Shown: positions 37,941-47,493 of the stretch, in pieces
Numbering within the stretch: the first letter of the stretch is position 1
Layout: each line of letters opens with the position of its first letter
Source: Candidatus Aenigmatarchaeota archaeon
Lineage (GTDB): Archaea; Aenigmatarchaeota; Aenigmatarchaeia; CG10238-14; SCSR01
Direction of reading: 5' to 3'
Assembly (NCBI GenBank): GCA_039000165.1
Contig: JAWBTW010000002.1
Coordinates: 3,245 to 67,244 of the forward strand
Length of the DNA stretch: 64,000 bases
Translations under genes and position numbers: made by a program
Notes under the pieces: generated by a model
The model's input: the letters and a program-made list of their open reading frames with translations, nothing else
Databases searched by the model: none
Told to the model about the DNA's origin: nothing

Positions 37941-38735
37941 ATGGCAACTTGGATAAGAGAACTTGAAAAACCAAAGCTGAAAAATCCTTTGTTTATCGAA
38001 GGTCTGCCAGGAGTAGGTAATGTTGGAAGAATCGCAGCAGGTTACTTAGTAGAAGAATTGAAAGCAAAAAAATTTGCAGAACTTTATTCTTCACATTTCA
38101 TGCCTTTTGTTCTGCTTCATCAAAGCTCTGCAGTGCATGTTTTAAAAAACGAATTTTACTACTGGAAGGCTAAGGAAAAAAACCAAAGGGACTTGATAAT
38201 ATTAATAGGAGATAGTCAAAGTGTTGACCCAGAAGGACATTATGAAATTGTTAACACTATCCTAGACTATATTGAGAAGTTTGGGGTAAAAGAAATAATA
38301 ACTTTGGCAGGCCTAAGCATAGGAGAAATGGTAGAAAAACCAAAGGTTGTGGGAGCAGTAAGTGATGAGGAAATGATTAAAAAATATCGAAAGTACGAGA
38401 TTGACTTCGAGGCAGGAAGTAGAATCGGAACAATAGTTGGTGCTTCTGGCTTGATGATAGGTTTGGGAAAAATAAGAGGGATGAAAGGGGTTTGTCTTTT
38501 GGGAGAAACAGTAGGCTTCCCCATAATTCCAGACCCGAAAAGCGCAGAAGCTTTGTTAAGAGTTGTAGTTAAAATACTGAACGTAAAAATAGACACGAGC
38601 AAAATAGAGAAGAAAGTGAAGGAAATGGAAGAGTTTATAAAGAAAATTGAAGATGTGCAGAAAAGGGCTTTAGGACAACTTCTTAAGCCTATGGAAAAAC
38701 CAGGAAAAGAAGAGAAGCTTAGTTATATAGGTTAA
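37941..38735 (+). CDS. PAC2-family proteasome assembly chaperone-like protein (COG1938)
   Basis: LFIEGLPGVGNVGRIAAGYLVEEL is the PAC2 N-terminal signature. Conserved position after nop10. Confidence 0.7.
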   Translation: MATWIRELEKPKLKNPLFIEGLPGVGNVGRIAAGYLVEELKAKKFAELYSSHFMPFVLLHQSSAVHVLKNEFYYWKAKEKNQRDLIILIGDSQSVDPEGHYEIVNTILDYIEKFGVKEIITLAGLSIGEMVEKPKVVGAVSDEEMIKKYRKYEIDFEAGSRIGTIVGASGLMIGLGKIRGMKGVCLLGETVGFPIIPDPKSAEALLRVVVKILNVKIDTSKIEKKVKEMEEFIKKIEDVQKRALGQLLKPMEKPGKEEKLSYIG

Positions 38736-38739
38736 GAAA

Positions 38740-39330
38740 ATGGCAACAAAACTTTTAATACCTAGAGAGCAATATTTGGCATCTGGAATTCATATAGGAA
38801 TGAAGCAAAAGACTAAGGATATGAAGGAGTTTATATACAAAATAAGAGAAGATGGTCTATGCATTCTAAACCTAAAAAAGGTTGATGAAAGGATAAGAGT
38901 TGCCGCAAAATTTCTAGCCAGGCATAGAAAAATTCTTGTAGTAAGCAGAAAATCTGCAGTCCAAGAAGGAATAAAGAAGTTTGCAGAAATTATAGGAGCA
39001 AAAGCCATTGTTGGAAGGTTCATGCCAGGAACTTTAACGAACCCTTCTTACAAAGAATACTATGAAGCAGAGGTTGTTTTTATTTTTGACCCTTTGATAG
39101 ACTATCAAGCTTTGAAAGAAGCAGTAAAGGCAAGAATTCCTGTAGTTGCTCTTTGTGACACTATAAACGAAACTAAGAATATTGACTTAGTAGTTCCTGC
39201 TAACAACAAAGGGAAGAAGGCCTTGGCAACTATTCTTTGGCTTTTGGCAAGAGAAATACTCAAAGAAAGGAAGGAGATAAAAGCTGACTCAGAGTTTACT
39301 TACAAAGTTGAGGATTTTGCCAAAGCTTAA
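38740..39330 (+). CDS. rps2: 30S ribosomal protein S2 (uS2)
   Basis: LLIPREQYLASGIHIGMKQKTKDMKEFIYKIREDGLCILNL is the archaeal uS2 N-terminus. 196 aa. Confidence 0.9.
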   Translation: MATKLLIPREQYLASGIHIGMKQKTKDMKEFIYKIREDGLCILNLKKVDERIRVAAKFLARHRKILVVSRKSAVQEGIKKFAEIIGAKAIVGRFMPGTLTNPSYKEYYEAEVVFIFDPLIDYQALKEAVKARIPVVALCDTINETKNIDLVVPANNKGKKALATILWLLAREILKERKEIKADSEFTYKVEDFAKA

Positions 39331-40040
39331 ACTCTTAGAACTTCTATCCCGTTTTCTCTTATAACAAAAGGGTGAATCAAAGTAGAATGCTTGCTTCTTC
39401 TCATCTTTCTTATGGTCAAAGTTCTTTGATACTCTTTTGCGATATAAACAAAATCAAGCTTAATTATAGTATCGACAACAAATTCTAGAAATTGCAACCT
39501 GCTTACTCCTGCTTCTGACTCTGGAACTTCTGAGATAAAAATTGTGGTCACACCTCTTTCTTTTAAAGCATCTACTAGCGAAACAACTTCAGAGCGTATC
39601 ATATATTTATCTTTAAACATCATCTCTATTGCTGAGATGGAATCTATAACAAGTCTTTTCGCCTTAATTTTATCCACAGCCTCAAGAATTTTTTGAACTA
39701 TTTGATAAAACCCCATTGAAAGAACTTCCTTTTTCTCCACAGGATGCCAAACCCTTTTTATTCTTAAAGGAAGCCATAAAAGCTTGTTCTTTTTTTCAAA
39801 AGGCTCTAAATCCCAGCCAAAAGTTTCTTCTATATCTTTTTTTATATCCTCGACTCTCTCCTCAAAAGTTACGTAGACTGCAGGCTCGTTTTTTAGCAAG
39901 CCATCGTACAAAAATTGAACTGAAAAAAGAGTTTTACCGCTTCCTGTTTTTCCACTAACCATTATAGAAGAAGAGCGAATAAAGCCTCCTCCCATTAGTT
40001 CGTCCAAACCTTTAATTCCTGAGGAAACTCTTTCTGCCAT
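39327..40040 (-). CDS. KaiC-like RecA-superfamily ATPase
   Basis: GIKGLDELMGGGFIRSSSIMVSGKTGSGKT Walker A plus a KaiC/RadB-like core. Single domain, 237 aa. Confidence 0.75.
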   Translation of the reverse strand: MAERVSSGIKGLDELMGGGFIRSSSIMVSGKTGSGKTLFSVQFLYDGLLKNEPAVYVTFEERVEDIKKDIEETFGWDLEPFEKKNKLLWLPLRIKRVWHPVEKKEVLSMGFYQIVQKILEAVDKIKAKRLVIDSISAIEMMFKDKYMIRSEVVSLVDALKERGVTTIFISEVPESEAGVSRLQFLEFVVDTIIKLDFVYIAKEYQRTLTIRKMRRSKHSTLIHPFVIRENGIEVLRV

Positions 40041-40118
40041 AATATTAATTTCTTTTTCCTTTCTCTTATTTTTAAACTAAAAGAAAAATTTATAAGTTGT
40101 TGGGCTAATAAAAATATA

Positions 40119-40376
40119 GGCGAGCTAGCCAGGTAGCTTCGGCTTTGCATCAAAGCAAAGCTGAGGAAGTTCCCTCCATCCCTTAAGGTGCTGCGCAAGC
40201 AGCAGGCTGAGAAGCCTCTGCCAGAATCAGAAACGAGACCTTTTAGCTTCGCTAACCATGATGCGAAAGCTGAGTTGGGGCTAAAAGGATGAAACGGTCT
40301 GGCAGGCCTGGGATGCAAGTTTGAAACGCTTAGACAAATGCTACCAAAACATAAGAGGGGCTATGGCTAGCACGCC
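40119..40376 (+). ncRNA. rnpB: candidate RNase P RNA (minimal form)
   Basis: GC-rich noncoding island. The 5'/3' ends pair (GGCGAGCUAGCC / GGCUAGCACGCC, P1), followed by a P2-like strand and a P3 hairpin GCUUUGC-AUCAAA-GCAAAGC. Then comes a CR-I-like GAGGAAGUUCCCUCCAU, a GNRA-capped hairpin UGCUGC-GCAA-GCAGCA, and a CR-V-like CAGAAnC region near the 3' side. Confidence 0.5.
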
Positions 40377-40466
40377 TTTCTTTTTTCAATTTTAAAAAGA
40401 AAAAAAGCTAAAAATTTTTAAATTCTTTAAAAAACCTTTTTAAACTCATTTTTCCTACTCATTTTA

Positions 40467-41123
40467 ATGAGTCTTTCGATAATGGGAATACTTTACGATT
40501 TTGACGGAACCATAGTAAAATCAGATAAGTTTATAAGAGAAACTTATTACGAGATTTGTAAAGAAATGGGAATAAAACCTAGCTTGAGTTACAGAATGTT
40601 GCAACGCTTACACTATGACTGGAAAAAATTTTTGAGAAGGCAAAAAATAGATCCAGAAAAAGCAGAAGAAGCTTATAAAAATAAAACTGATAAAATAAAA
40701 GTCATACCAGAAGTGAAAAAGGTTCTGAAGTACAATAAAAAACATGGAAAAATTCAAGGTATAGTAACTCATTCTCCAAGAAGTGCTGTTGAGGAAATAG
40801 CCAGAAAAAATAAAATTGAAGAGTATATAGACGGAATGATAACTTGGGATGAAATAGAGGAAAGAAACTTAAGACCAAAACCTGAGCCTGATGCTTTGGT
40901 TTGCTTGGCAAGAGACTTAAATTTAGAAACAAAAAAATGTCTTTATGTGGGAAACAGCAAGGAAGATATTATCGCTGGAAAAAGGGCTGGCATGTTAACC
41001 TTAGGGTTTTGTTGTGAACGTGATTTAAGAGTTATAGCAAGATTAAGAGCAGCAAACCCGTACTTTGGTGTTATAACTTCGCCTCAACATCTTTATATAT
41101 ATTTCCAACGTCTAATTTTTTAG
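40467..41123 (+). CDS. HAD-superfamily hydrolase (phosphoglycolate phosphatase-like)
   Basis: Motif I LYDFDGTIV, motif II VTHS, motif IV LYVGNSKEDIIAGKRAG. Confidence 0.7.
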   Translation: MSLSIMGILYDFDGTIVKSDKFIRETYYEICKEMGIKPSLSYRMLQRLHYDWKKFLRRQKIDPEKAEEAYKNKTDKIKVIPEVKKVLKYNKKHGKIQGIVTHSPRSAVEEIARKNKIEEYIDGMITWDEIEERNLRPKPEPDALVCLARDLNLETKKCLYVGNSKEDIIAGKRAGMLTLGFCCERDLRVIARLRAANPYFGVITSPQHLYIYFQRLIF

Positions 41124-41242
41124 TATGAAAAGAAAAAATTTGGAAGAACTTGAGTTTGTAAAGTTCCTGAGAATTTCTGAAGAATTCATCCAAAACTTTA
41201 TGGAGGAAGAAAACGTTTATTATTACCCAAACTAGTGGTGCT

Positions 41243-41407
41243 ATGGCAAGAAGAGAAAAACTATACATGCCTATGGGGGCAGGAGGTTTACTCAGATATC
41301 CTGAAGAGGAAAAAGAAGTTATAAAGATAAAACCTGAACATGTTGTTTACATAGTTATTGCTATAATTCTTATGGAAATAATTCTCAGGATTGTTTTTCC
41401 AATTTAG
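41243..41407 (+). CDS. secG: preprotein translocase subunit Sec61beta/SecG-archaeal (54 aa; absent from ORF track)
   Basis: MARREKLYMPMGAGGLLRYPEEEKEVIKIKPEHVVYIVIAIILMEIILRIVFPI has the conserved GAGLIRY..E motif, then a single TM. Confidence 0.65.
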   Translation: MARREKLYMPMGAGGLLRYPEEEKEVIKIKPEHVVYIVIAIILMEIILRIVFPI

Positions 41408-41445
41408 CAAAAATTAATTCTTTTAAAACTTGAAAATAAATTAGT

Positions 41446-42276
41446 ATGATTTGGCTTGGTCCTGCTGGAATTCCTACAGTAGCAAAGGATAGAAGCACAC
41501 TAGGAGGAATTAGAACTGTTTCTGAGCTTAAGCTTAACGCTATGGAAATAGAGTTTGTTAGAAACGTTTATTTGAGCGAGAAAGCTGCAGAAGAAGCTGG
41601 AGAATTAGCAGAAAGCTTAGGAATAAAGCTTTCTGTTCATGCTCCTTACTTTCTTAACCTTTGCTCAGCAAAAAAGCAAACTGTAGAAGCGAGCAAAAAA
41701 TTTATTCTTGATTCCATGGATAGAGCTGAAAGGCTTAAAGCTGAGGTTGTGGTTGCTCACTTAGCTTATTATTCTGGTTTAGAAAAGGAAAAGGCTTTTG
41801 AAATAGTAGAAAGAGAAGTTAAAGATATTTTGGAAAAAGCAAAAGAAAAAGGAATAAAAAAAGTTTTGCTTGCAGGAGAAACTACAGGAAAAGTAAGTCA
41901 GTTTGGAACTTTGGAAGAATTGGTTAAGTTGAGCAAAAGAGTTAAAGGTTTCACTTTAGTTCTAGATCCTGCTCATATATTTGCGAGAAATTGCGGAAAA
42001 ATAGATTACAAGAGAATTTTTGATGAAGTAGAAGAACTAAAACTTAAGCACTTGCACATGCATTTTTCTGGCATAAAGTTCACTCCTGTTAAAGCGACAG
42101 GTTTTGGTAACGAGAAAGAGCATGTTCCTATGGATAATTCACCACCTTTTGAGCCTTTAGCAAAAGAAATTTTGAAAAGAAAGCTTAACGTTACCATAAT
42201 TTCTGAATCGCCGATATTAGAGCAAGACAGCTTAAAGATGAAAAAAGTATTTGAAAGTTTGGGTTATAAGTTTTAG
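41446..42276 (+). CDS. nfo: endonuclease IV-like TIM-barrel (AP endonuclease family 2)
   Basis: HAPYFLNLCS, E/H metal-ligand pattern, 276 aa. Confidence 0.6.
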   Translation: MIWLGPAGIPTVAKDRSTLGGIRTVSELKLNAMEIEFVRNVYLSEKAAEEAGELAESLGIKLSVHAPYFLNLCSAKKQTVEASKKFILDSMDRAERLKAEVVVAHLAYYSGLEKEKAFEIVEREVKDILEKAKEKGIKKVLLAGETTGKVSQFGTLEELVKLSKRVKGFTLVLDPAHIFARNCGKIDYKRIFDEVEELKLKHLHMHFSGIKFTPVKATGFGNEKEHVPMDNSPPFEPLAKEILKRKLNVTIISESPILEQDSLKMKKVFESLGYKF

Positions 42277-42277
42277 T

Positions 42278-42787
42278 ATGAAAAGTAAGCTAGAAGAATT
42301 GATTGAGAGATTTAGCGAAGAGGTTTTTAAACCATCTCTTTATGATAGCAAGTTGGTAGAAGAAATAATTGAAAAATCAAGAAGCGAAAGTTTTGATAAA
42401 TTTTCAAAGTATTTTGAAAAGAGTGGATTAAAAAAAGAGGAGAGAAAAGCAGTAAAAGATTTTCTTGAAAAATTTTGTAAAAAAACTGGCTATGCTTGGA
42501 AGCCTGGGTTATGTAGATACATTCCGAAAGTTGTTGAGCTAGCAAAACAAACTTTGAAAGAGTCTTGTGCAAAAAATTATTTTTATGAAATTGTCTTGAA
42601 AAATTATGATGATAGGCATTTCTTCTTGCTGATGCTTTCTTTTGAAGGAAAAAAATTTGTTGTTGACCCTACAGGAGTTCCTGAAAAAGAAAGGACATGG
42701 GCTTTTCCAGACGATATAAAACCTTATTTTGGTTTAATAGAAAAGGCAAAGGGTTTTCATAAAGTAGTTTATCAAAATTCACTCTGA
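42278..42787 (+). CDS. hypothetical protein
   Basis: ORF directly after nfo. The start is taken at the first ATG after the nfo stop. Confidence 0.3.
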   Translation: MKSKLEELIERFSEEVFKPSLYDSKLVEEIIEKSRSESFDKFSKYFEKSGLKKEERKAVKDFLEKFCKKTGYAWKPGLCRYIPKVVELAKQTLKESCAKNYFYEIVLKNYDDRHFFLLMLSFEGKKFVVDPTGVPEKERTWAFPDDIKPYFGLIEKAKGFHKVVYQNSL

Positions 42788-43471
42788 GAATTTTTTGAGA
42801 ATTAAAGTGAAAAGAAAGCCGAAGATAAAGCCACCAACATGGGCAAAAAATGCTATACCACTTCCTATTCCTCCAAGAAAGCTTATAGTACCAAAGAGAA
42901 ACTGAATAAAAAACCAAAAGCCTATGACTATGAAAGCTGGGATTCTTACAAACATATAGCCAAACCTTGTTAAAATCGTTTCTCTTGGGAAAAGAAGCAA
43001 GTAAGAGCCTAGAATTCCTGAAATTGCTCCGGAAGCTCCTATTGCAGGAATTTCTGAGTTTAAGTTTGTTATGTAGTGAAGGAAAGTTGCTCCTATTCCT
43101 GAGAGAAAGTAGAGCAAAAGAAACTTTATTTTTCCTAGCTTATCCTCAACGTTATCACCAAAAATCCAAAGGTACCACATGTTTCCAAAAATGTGGTCTA
43201 TGCCGCCATGCAAAAACATAGAAGTGAAAATCATTGCTATCGATGAAAAAGAGAAAAAAGAAAATTTTGCTGGAATAAAACCATACCTTATGTAAACTTC
43301 TGGAATTAATACACGCTCGCCTTCAATAACATAAGGAACTTCTTCTGAAGTTAGGCTCCAGATAAAAATCGAAACGTTTAGAATTATTAAAAGAATTGTT
43401 AAAATTGGGAAAGTTTTTCTTGGAGCTGAGTCTGCAAAAGGAAAGAATTGACCTTTTTTGCTTTTAACCAT
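42779..43471 (-). CDS. rhomboid-family intramembrane serine protease
   Basis: Catalytic GASGAISG (GxSG) and the H in a C-terminal TM, plus the MFLHGGIDHIFGNMWYLWIFG motif. Confidence 0.8.
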   Translation of the reverse strand: MVKSKKGQFFPFADSAPRKTFPILTILLIILNVSIFIWSLTSEEVPYVIEGERVLIPEVYIRYGFIPAKFSFFSFSSIAMIFTSMFLHGGIDHIFGNMWYLWIFGDNVEDKLGKIKFLLLYFLSGIGATFLHYITNLNSEIPAIGASGAISGILGSYLLLFPRETILTRFGYMFVRIPAFIVIGFWFFIQFLFGTISFLGGIGSGIAFFAHVGGFIFGFLFTLILKKFSE

Positions 43472-43612
43472 ACTGTAGATTTGCTTTTCAAAAATAAAAA
43501 TTTTAAAAATTTGTTACAAGTTTGCGTCGTAAGAATTTTAAAGTAAAAGGAAGTTAACCTTAAAAAAAGAAAGATTTTAATACATTTTTTTTAAAATTAT
43601 TTTAGGGAGAAA

Positions 43613-44134
43613 ATGTCGATAAGAAGTACTTTTTACGAGGAATTAGTAAGATACGGAATAGATCCTTTAGAAGTGGTTAAAATCGAGTTTAAGAAAAGTA
43701 GGAAAGGAACTAAAGTAGTTGTTCATACAACGAACAAACCGATTAATATATCCGACCCCTATTTTGTAACGCTAGCTAAAGCGACAGCCTTACAAGTTCC
43801 GTTAGAAAAACTTTTTTCCAGGGATTACTTACTTAAAAGGCTTTACGGAATAATCACCGTTTTTGAAGGAAAGGAAATGCCGTTTTCTGAATTTCTCCTT
43901 TTGAACGCAAAGGTATCAACAGAAGAAATAGCCAAAAGGTTGGAAGAGTTAGAAAGAAAGTATTCCGTGGATAAGCATTTGAAAGATTACAAGGAAGGGT
44001 TGAAAATAAGAATTTATAAAAAATTAGCCTTAACTTGCGGTATATCCTTTAGAGATTTCGAAAAAGATAACGAAGACAGCACTACTGAAAACCTGATAGA
44101 TGTTTTAGCCCATTACTATTATCAAAGCACGTAA
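43613..44134 (+). CDS. hypothetical protein
   Basis: ORF. No motif. Confidence 0.3.
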   Translation: MSIRSTFYEELVRYGIDPLEVVKIEFKKSRKGTKVVVHTTNKPINISDPYFVTLAKATALQVPLEKLFSRDYLLKRLYGIITVFEGKEMPFSEFLLLNAKVSTEEIAKRLEELERKYSVDKHLKDYKEGLKIRIYKKLALTCGISFRDFEKDNEDSTTENLIDVLAHYYYQST

Positions 44135-44997
44135 GACAAATAATCCAAGAAACCGCTAAGCTTAAGGATTTCTTCGATATAATTTTTAAAATTCTCTCTT
44201 TCGGCCCTTATTTTCAAGGAATTCCCCACACTTAGAAGTTCTCTGTATGTTCTTTTCATCAAAGACTCTTCTATTTTCTTTTTTTGGCCGTTTGAGGCAA
44301 GCACTATTCTTTTTATTCCCTCTTCTGGAATCTCGTTCAATAAAATTTGCTTTGTTTCTTTATTTCTTAGAAGTTTTTGTAAGATTGAAGGATCGTTATA
44401 AGAGTCAATAACGCAGAAAGTTAGGAAACCAAGCTCCTCACTAGAATTTGGAGAATACTTAAATTCCCAAGCCTTTGTGAAAGTTATCAAAGCTTCTTTA
44501 AAACTTTTAACCAAATTCTTCATTTGCTCGTTGTTAACAAAGTACCAATACCTGAGAAGGTTTGCTCCGTTCCTGTAATCAAGGTAGGTTTTAACTCGAG
44601 AAAGGCTGTCGCTTACTTCAATCCATTCCTGAGGCAGAAAAATTAACTTGTTTTCCCTTTGATTTTTGATGCTTGGAATCGTTTCGTAAATCATTTTCTT
44701 TACTGGTTGAAGAAAGTTTTCATATAAGTTATGCATTACAAAAAGTTCTTTTTGCATTGCTGGAATCTCTGTTACAAGTTGGGATGTTAGTTCTTCCAAC
44801 TTTTTGAACTGAGTTGAAATGCTTTCGTACAAGGGTAAAGAGACTTCATAGCCTCTATCTTCGCTTAGGTAAGCGTCAAGCCATGTTCTGTCCCAAAAAA
44901 CATCCAAAGAAGAAATTATCTGGTAAAAGCTTCTTTCATCTTCCAAGTATTTCTCCAGCAAACCCCAATTTTCAAACTTTATTTTTTCTTCTTTCAT
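44122..44997 (-). CDS. hypothetical protein
   Basis: ORF. No motif. Confidence 0.3.
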   Translation of the reverse strand: MKEEKIKFENWGLLEKYLEDERSFYQIISSLDVFWDRTWLDAYLSEDRGYEVSLPLYESISTQFKKLEELTSQLVTEIPAMQKELFVMHNLYENFLQPVKKMIYETIPSIKNQRENKLIFLPQEWIEVSDSLSRVKTYLDYRNGANLLRYWYFVNNEQMKNLVKSFKEALITFTKAWEFKYSPNSSEELGFLTFCVIDSYNDPSILQKLLRNKETKQILLNEIPEEGIKRIVLASNGQKKKIEESLMKRTYRELLSVGNSLKIRAERENFKNYIEEILKLSGFLDYLSYVL

Positions 44998-45092
44998 TCT
45001 TTAACCTTTTTTAAAATGAAAAAGATAACTCTTTTTTAACTTATATAAGGAAGTAAGTTTTTTAAAAGTTTCTGTTTGCTGACTTTTTTTAA

Positions 45093-45108
45093 TGTTAGAC
45101 GTCTAACA
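45093..45108. repeat. 16-bp perfect palindrome TGTTAGACGTCTAACA, copy 1
   Basis: Exact copy. Sits in the divergent intergenic region between genes 44122(-) and 45194(+). Confidence 0.9.
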
Positions 45109-45193
45109 GAAAAGCAGCCAACAAACATTTCATAGATTTTTTTGGAATATTCCATACATAACTTATAAATACTTTATGGAATATCCTTAAATT

Positions 45194-45490
45194 ATGGAAA
45201 AAACCTTTGAAGAAATGCTTGAAAGCGTAAGAGTAAAGAAAGTCTCTCAACTTACAGCAAAAGTTTTTGAAATTATTCATTCTAGATGGCCCACAAATCC
45301 GCTAGAAGTTGCTGAGATTTTAGGAGATAAAGGAAAAGAGAAAACGCTTTCTGCAAAGTACCTTTACCATTTTCGCAAGCTTAAGGAAATGGGGTTAATA
45401 GACATGAAAAAAGTTGGAAACACTTACATAGCATGGCCTACTGAGATTGAAAAGCTTAGGGTTGTGCATGAATTATTAAAAGGGTTGTGA
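45194..45490 (+). CDS. small winged-helix protein (putative regulator)
   Basis: 98 aa with a wHTH-like pattern. First gene after palindrome copy 1. Confidence 0.4.
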   Translation: MEKTFEEMLESVRVKKVSQLTAKVFEIIHSRWPTNPLEVAEILGDKGKEKTLSAKYLYHFRKLKEMGLIDMKKVGNTYIAWPTEIEKLRVVHELLKGL

Positions 45491-45499
45491 GGTGAGAGA

Positions 45500-46036
45500 A
45501 TGGGGATAGCTGTTATGTTGAAAAAACTTTTGCTTGGAAGGGCTTTTTCTGCTGAAGAAGGAAGGGTTACGATTTTGGGAAGATATAACGTAACTTTAGT
45601 GGAAAGTTGTGGATTTGCGTATCTTCATCAGAAAATATTTGAAGAACTTGGAGAAAAAAAGGCTTTTAAAATTTTAATGGAAGCTACAGAAATTGCAATC
45701 GAAAACGCAACAAAAGCATTTGGACTAGTACCTTTTTTTATGAGCATAGAAAAACTTTTACCTTTAACAGATTTTTATGGATTAGGGAAATTTAGCGTAA
45801 TTCACAAAGAAGAAAATGAAAAAAAAGTTGTATTGTTAATTAAAGTTGAAAATTCTCCACTTACAGAATATGCCAAACAAAAATGGGGAAAGAATTCAAA
45901 AATATGTAAAATAGTAGAAGCAAATTTAATTGTGACGGCTAAACTTATCTACAAAAAAACACCAAAAGTAGAGGAAATTTCCTGCTACACTAAAGGTGCT
46001 CCTTATTGTACATTTCGTGTAGAAATAGAAAAGTGA
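45500..46036 (+). CDS. V4R-domain (small-molecule binding) protein
   Basis: About 178 aa with a C-terminal CYTKGAPYCTFRVE Cys pair typical of V4R domains. Confidence 0.45.
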   Translation: MGIAVMLKKLLLGRAFSAEEGRVTILGRYNVTLVESCGFAYLHQKIFEELGEKKAFKILMEATEIAIENATKAFGLVPFFMSIEKLLPLTDFYGLGKFSVIHKEENEKKVVLLIKVENSPLTEYAKQKWGKNSKICKIVEANLIVTAKLIYKKTPKVEEISCYTKGAPYCTFRVEIEK

Positions 46037-46041
46037 TTTCT

Positions 46042-47493
46042 ATGATTGAAAAAATAGCATCTTGGTATGTTAAAAGAAAAAGAAATGAAATAGCAAAAAA
46101 AGTGAGAAAAGCAATGCTTTCCATTCCATTCTACAAACAACAAATTAAAAAAAATTCAATCGATTTACATGAAGTAAGAGAAATCAACTCAATAGAAAAA
46201 CTTGATAAATTTCTTCAAAAACATAAAATAAATTGGTTAGAATCTACCGAACTAATGAGAAATGATTTTTCTTCTCATTTAAGTCTCGCTCCTACAAATA
46301 AAAGAATATGGGTGCAAGTATCTTCTGGCTATAGTTTGGTAGAAAAATTGAGAAGTGGAGAAAATTTTTTAGAAAGTGTACAAAAATTTAAAAGAAAAAA
46401 AGTAGCCTTTACTCAAAAAGATTTAGAACTTGTGATAAAAGAAGTTTATCTACGTGGGGCTAAAAGAATAGCCTCAAATGATTCGATACCAACTATTTCT
46501 ATTTTTTCCAGAATGTATATTTATGGTGGTTCAGGAACATATCCTTTTGCAGCTCTTGTAAGAGTATCACAGAAGTTTCCTTTAAGAATTTTACCCTACG
46601 GTGAACCGTTAAGCCAGGAACAACTTTGTGATTATGTACTTGATTCCGTAGAGAATAACACTAACTGGATAATCACTACACCATCAATTTTAAGCGACAT
46701 AGGTAGATTTATGGTAGAAAATAATCTAAGGTACAGGAATCTAAGGTATGTAGGTATGGGTGGATTTAAACCAAGTAAAGAAGTTGTAAATCTAGGACAT
46801 GAAATAGGAGCTAAAATAATTATAGACGCTTACAGTGTTCAAGAATGTATGCCACTCGGTTGTATAGCCTCTGGAACTATATCAAGTGAAGACAAAAATT
46901 GGGAAACTAATGAAGGATTAATGGTTATGGGAAATTTGTGTCATGTAAGAGTAGTCGATAAAAATGGGGAAAACGTTAGTGAAGGTGAAGAAGGAGAAAT
47001 AAGAATAACTTCACCCTTTGAAGGAACGTTTTTAATTGACTATGCTCCTGGTGATATCGGTAAACTTTTAAGTTATACTTCTAGTGTCAGTTTAGATAGT
47101 TCTAGGGTAAATCTTCCTTTTCCTTTACTTTCCTATGACATAAGAAGAAAAGAAGAAAATGAATATGTAAAGATAAAAGAGTATCCAGTTTCTGTTGGCA
47201 TTCTAAAAGAAATCTTAACATCTTATGTTGATTATAATTTTGCGATTTGCAAGCCACAAACAAAGGGAGAACTGCTAATATTAATTCCAAGTAATATTGA
47301 AGAGAGAAATTATGAAGAAATGTGTAAAAAGATAAGATATACAGTTTGCCCTTTACGATATAGCCTCCTTAGATTCAAAAAAATAGACGAGAGTAAACTT
47401 AAAAAAATTGTTTTCCCAAGTTTACACCACAAGCCACACAATCTTATCCTCTCGCCCTCAAAAGAACTAGAAAGTGAGCTCTATGCCAGCTAG
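46042..47493 (+). CDS. divergent adenylate-forming enzyme (PaaK/F390-synthetase/LuxE-like ANL superfamily), tentative
   Basis: SSG.. P-loop remnant (VQVSSGYS), YAPGDIG (Y.TGD-like) and GEIRITSP. The start is chosen at ATG 46042 after the V4R stop; the ORF track starts at 46006. Confidence 0.4.
   Translation: MIEKIASWYVKRKRNEIAKKVRKAMLSIPFYKQQIKKNSIDLHEVREINSIEKLDKFLQKHKINWLESTELMRNDFSSHLSLAPTNKRIWVQVSSGYSLVEKLRSGENFLESVQKFKRKKVAFTQKDLELVIKEVYLRGAKRIASNDSIPTISIFSRMYIYGGSGTYPFAALVRVSQKFPLRILPYGEPLSQEQLCDYVLDSVENNTNWIITTPSILSDIGRFMVENNLRYRNLRYVGMGGFKPSKEVVNLGHEIGAKIIIDAYSVQECMPLGCIASGTISSEDKNWETNEGLMVMGNLCHVRVVDKNGENVSEGEEGEIRITSPFEGTFLIDYAPGDIGKLLSYTSSVSLDSSRVNLPFPLLSYDIRRKEENEYVKIKEYPVSVGILKEILTSYVDYNFAICKPQTKGELLILIPSNIEERNYEEMCKKIRYTVCPLRYSLLRFKKIDESKLKKIVFPSLHHKPHNLILSPSKELESELYAS

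Noticed and set aside
40119-40376. Alternative interpretation of the GC-rich RNA as SRP (7S) RNA. It contains GGUGCUG and a GNRA-capped hairpin reminiscent of SRP helix 8.
   Set aside because: Terminal P1 pairing followed by a P3 hairpin and a GAGGAAGUUCC CR-I-like element fits RNase P order better. Retained as the refutation condition for the RNase P call.
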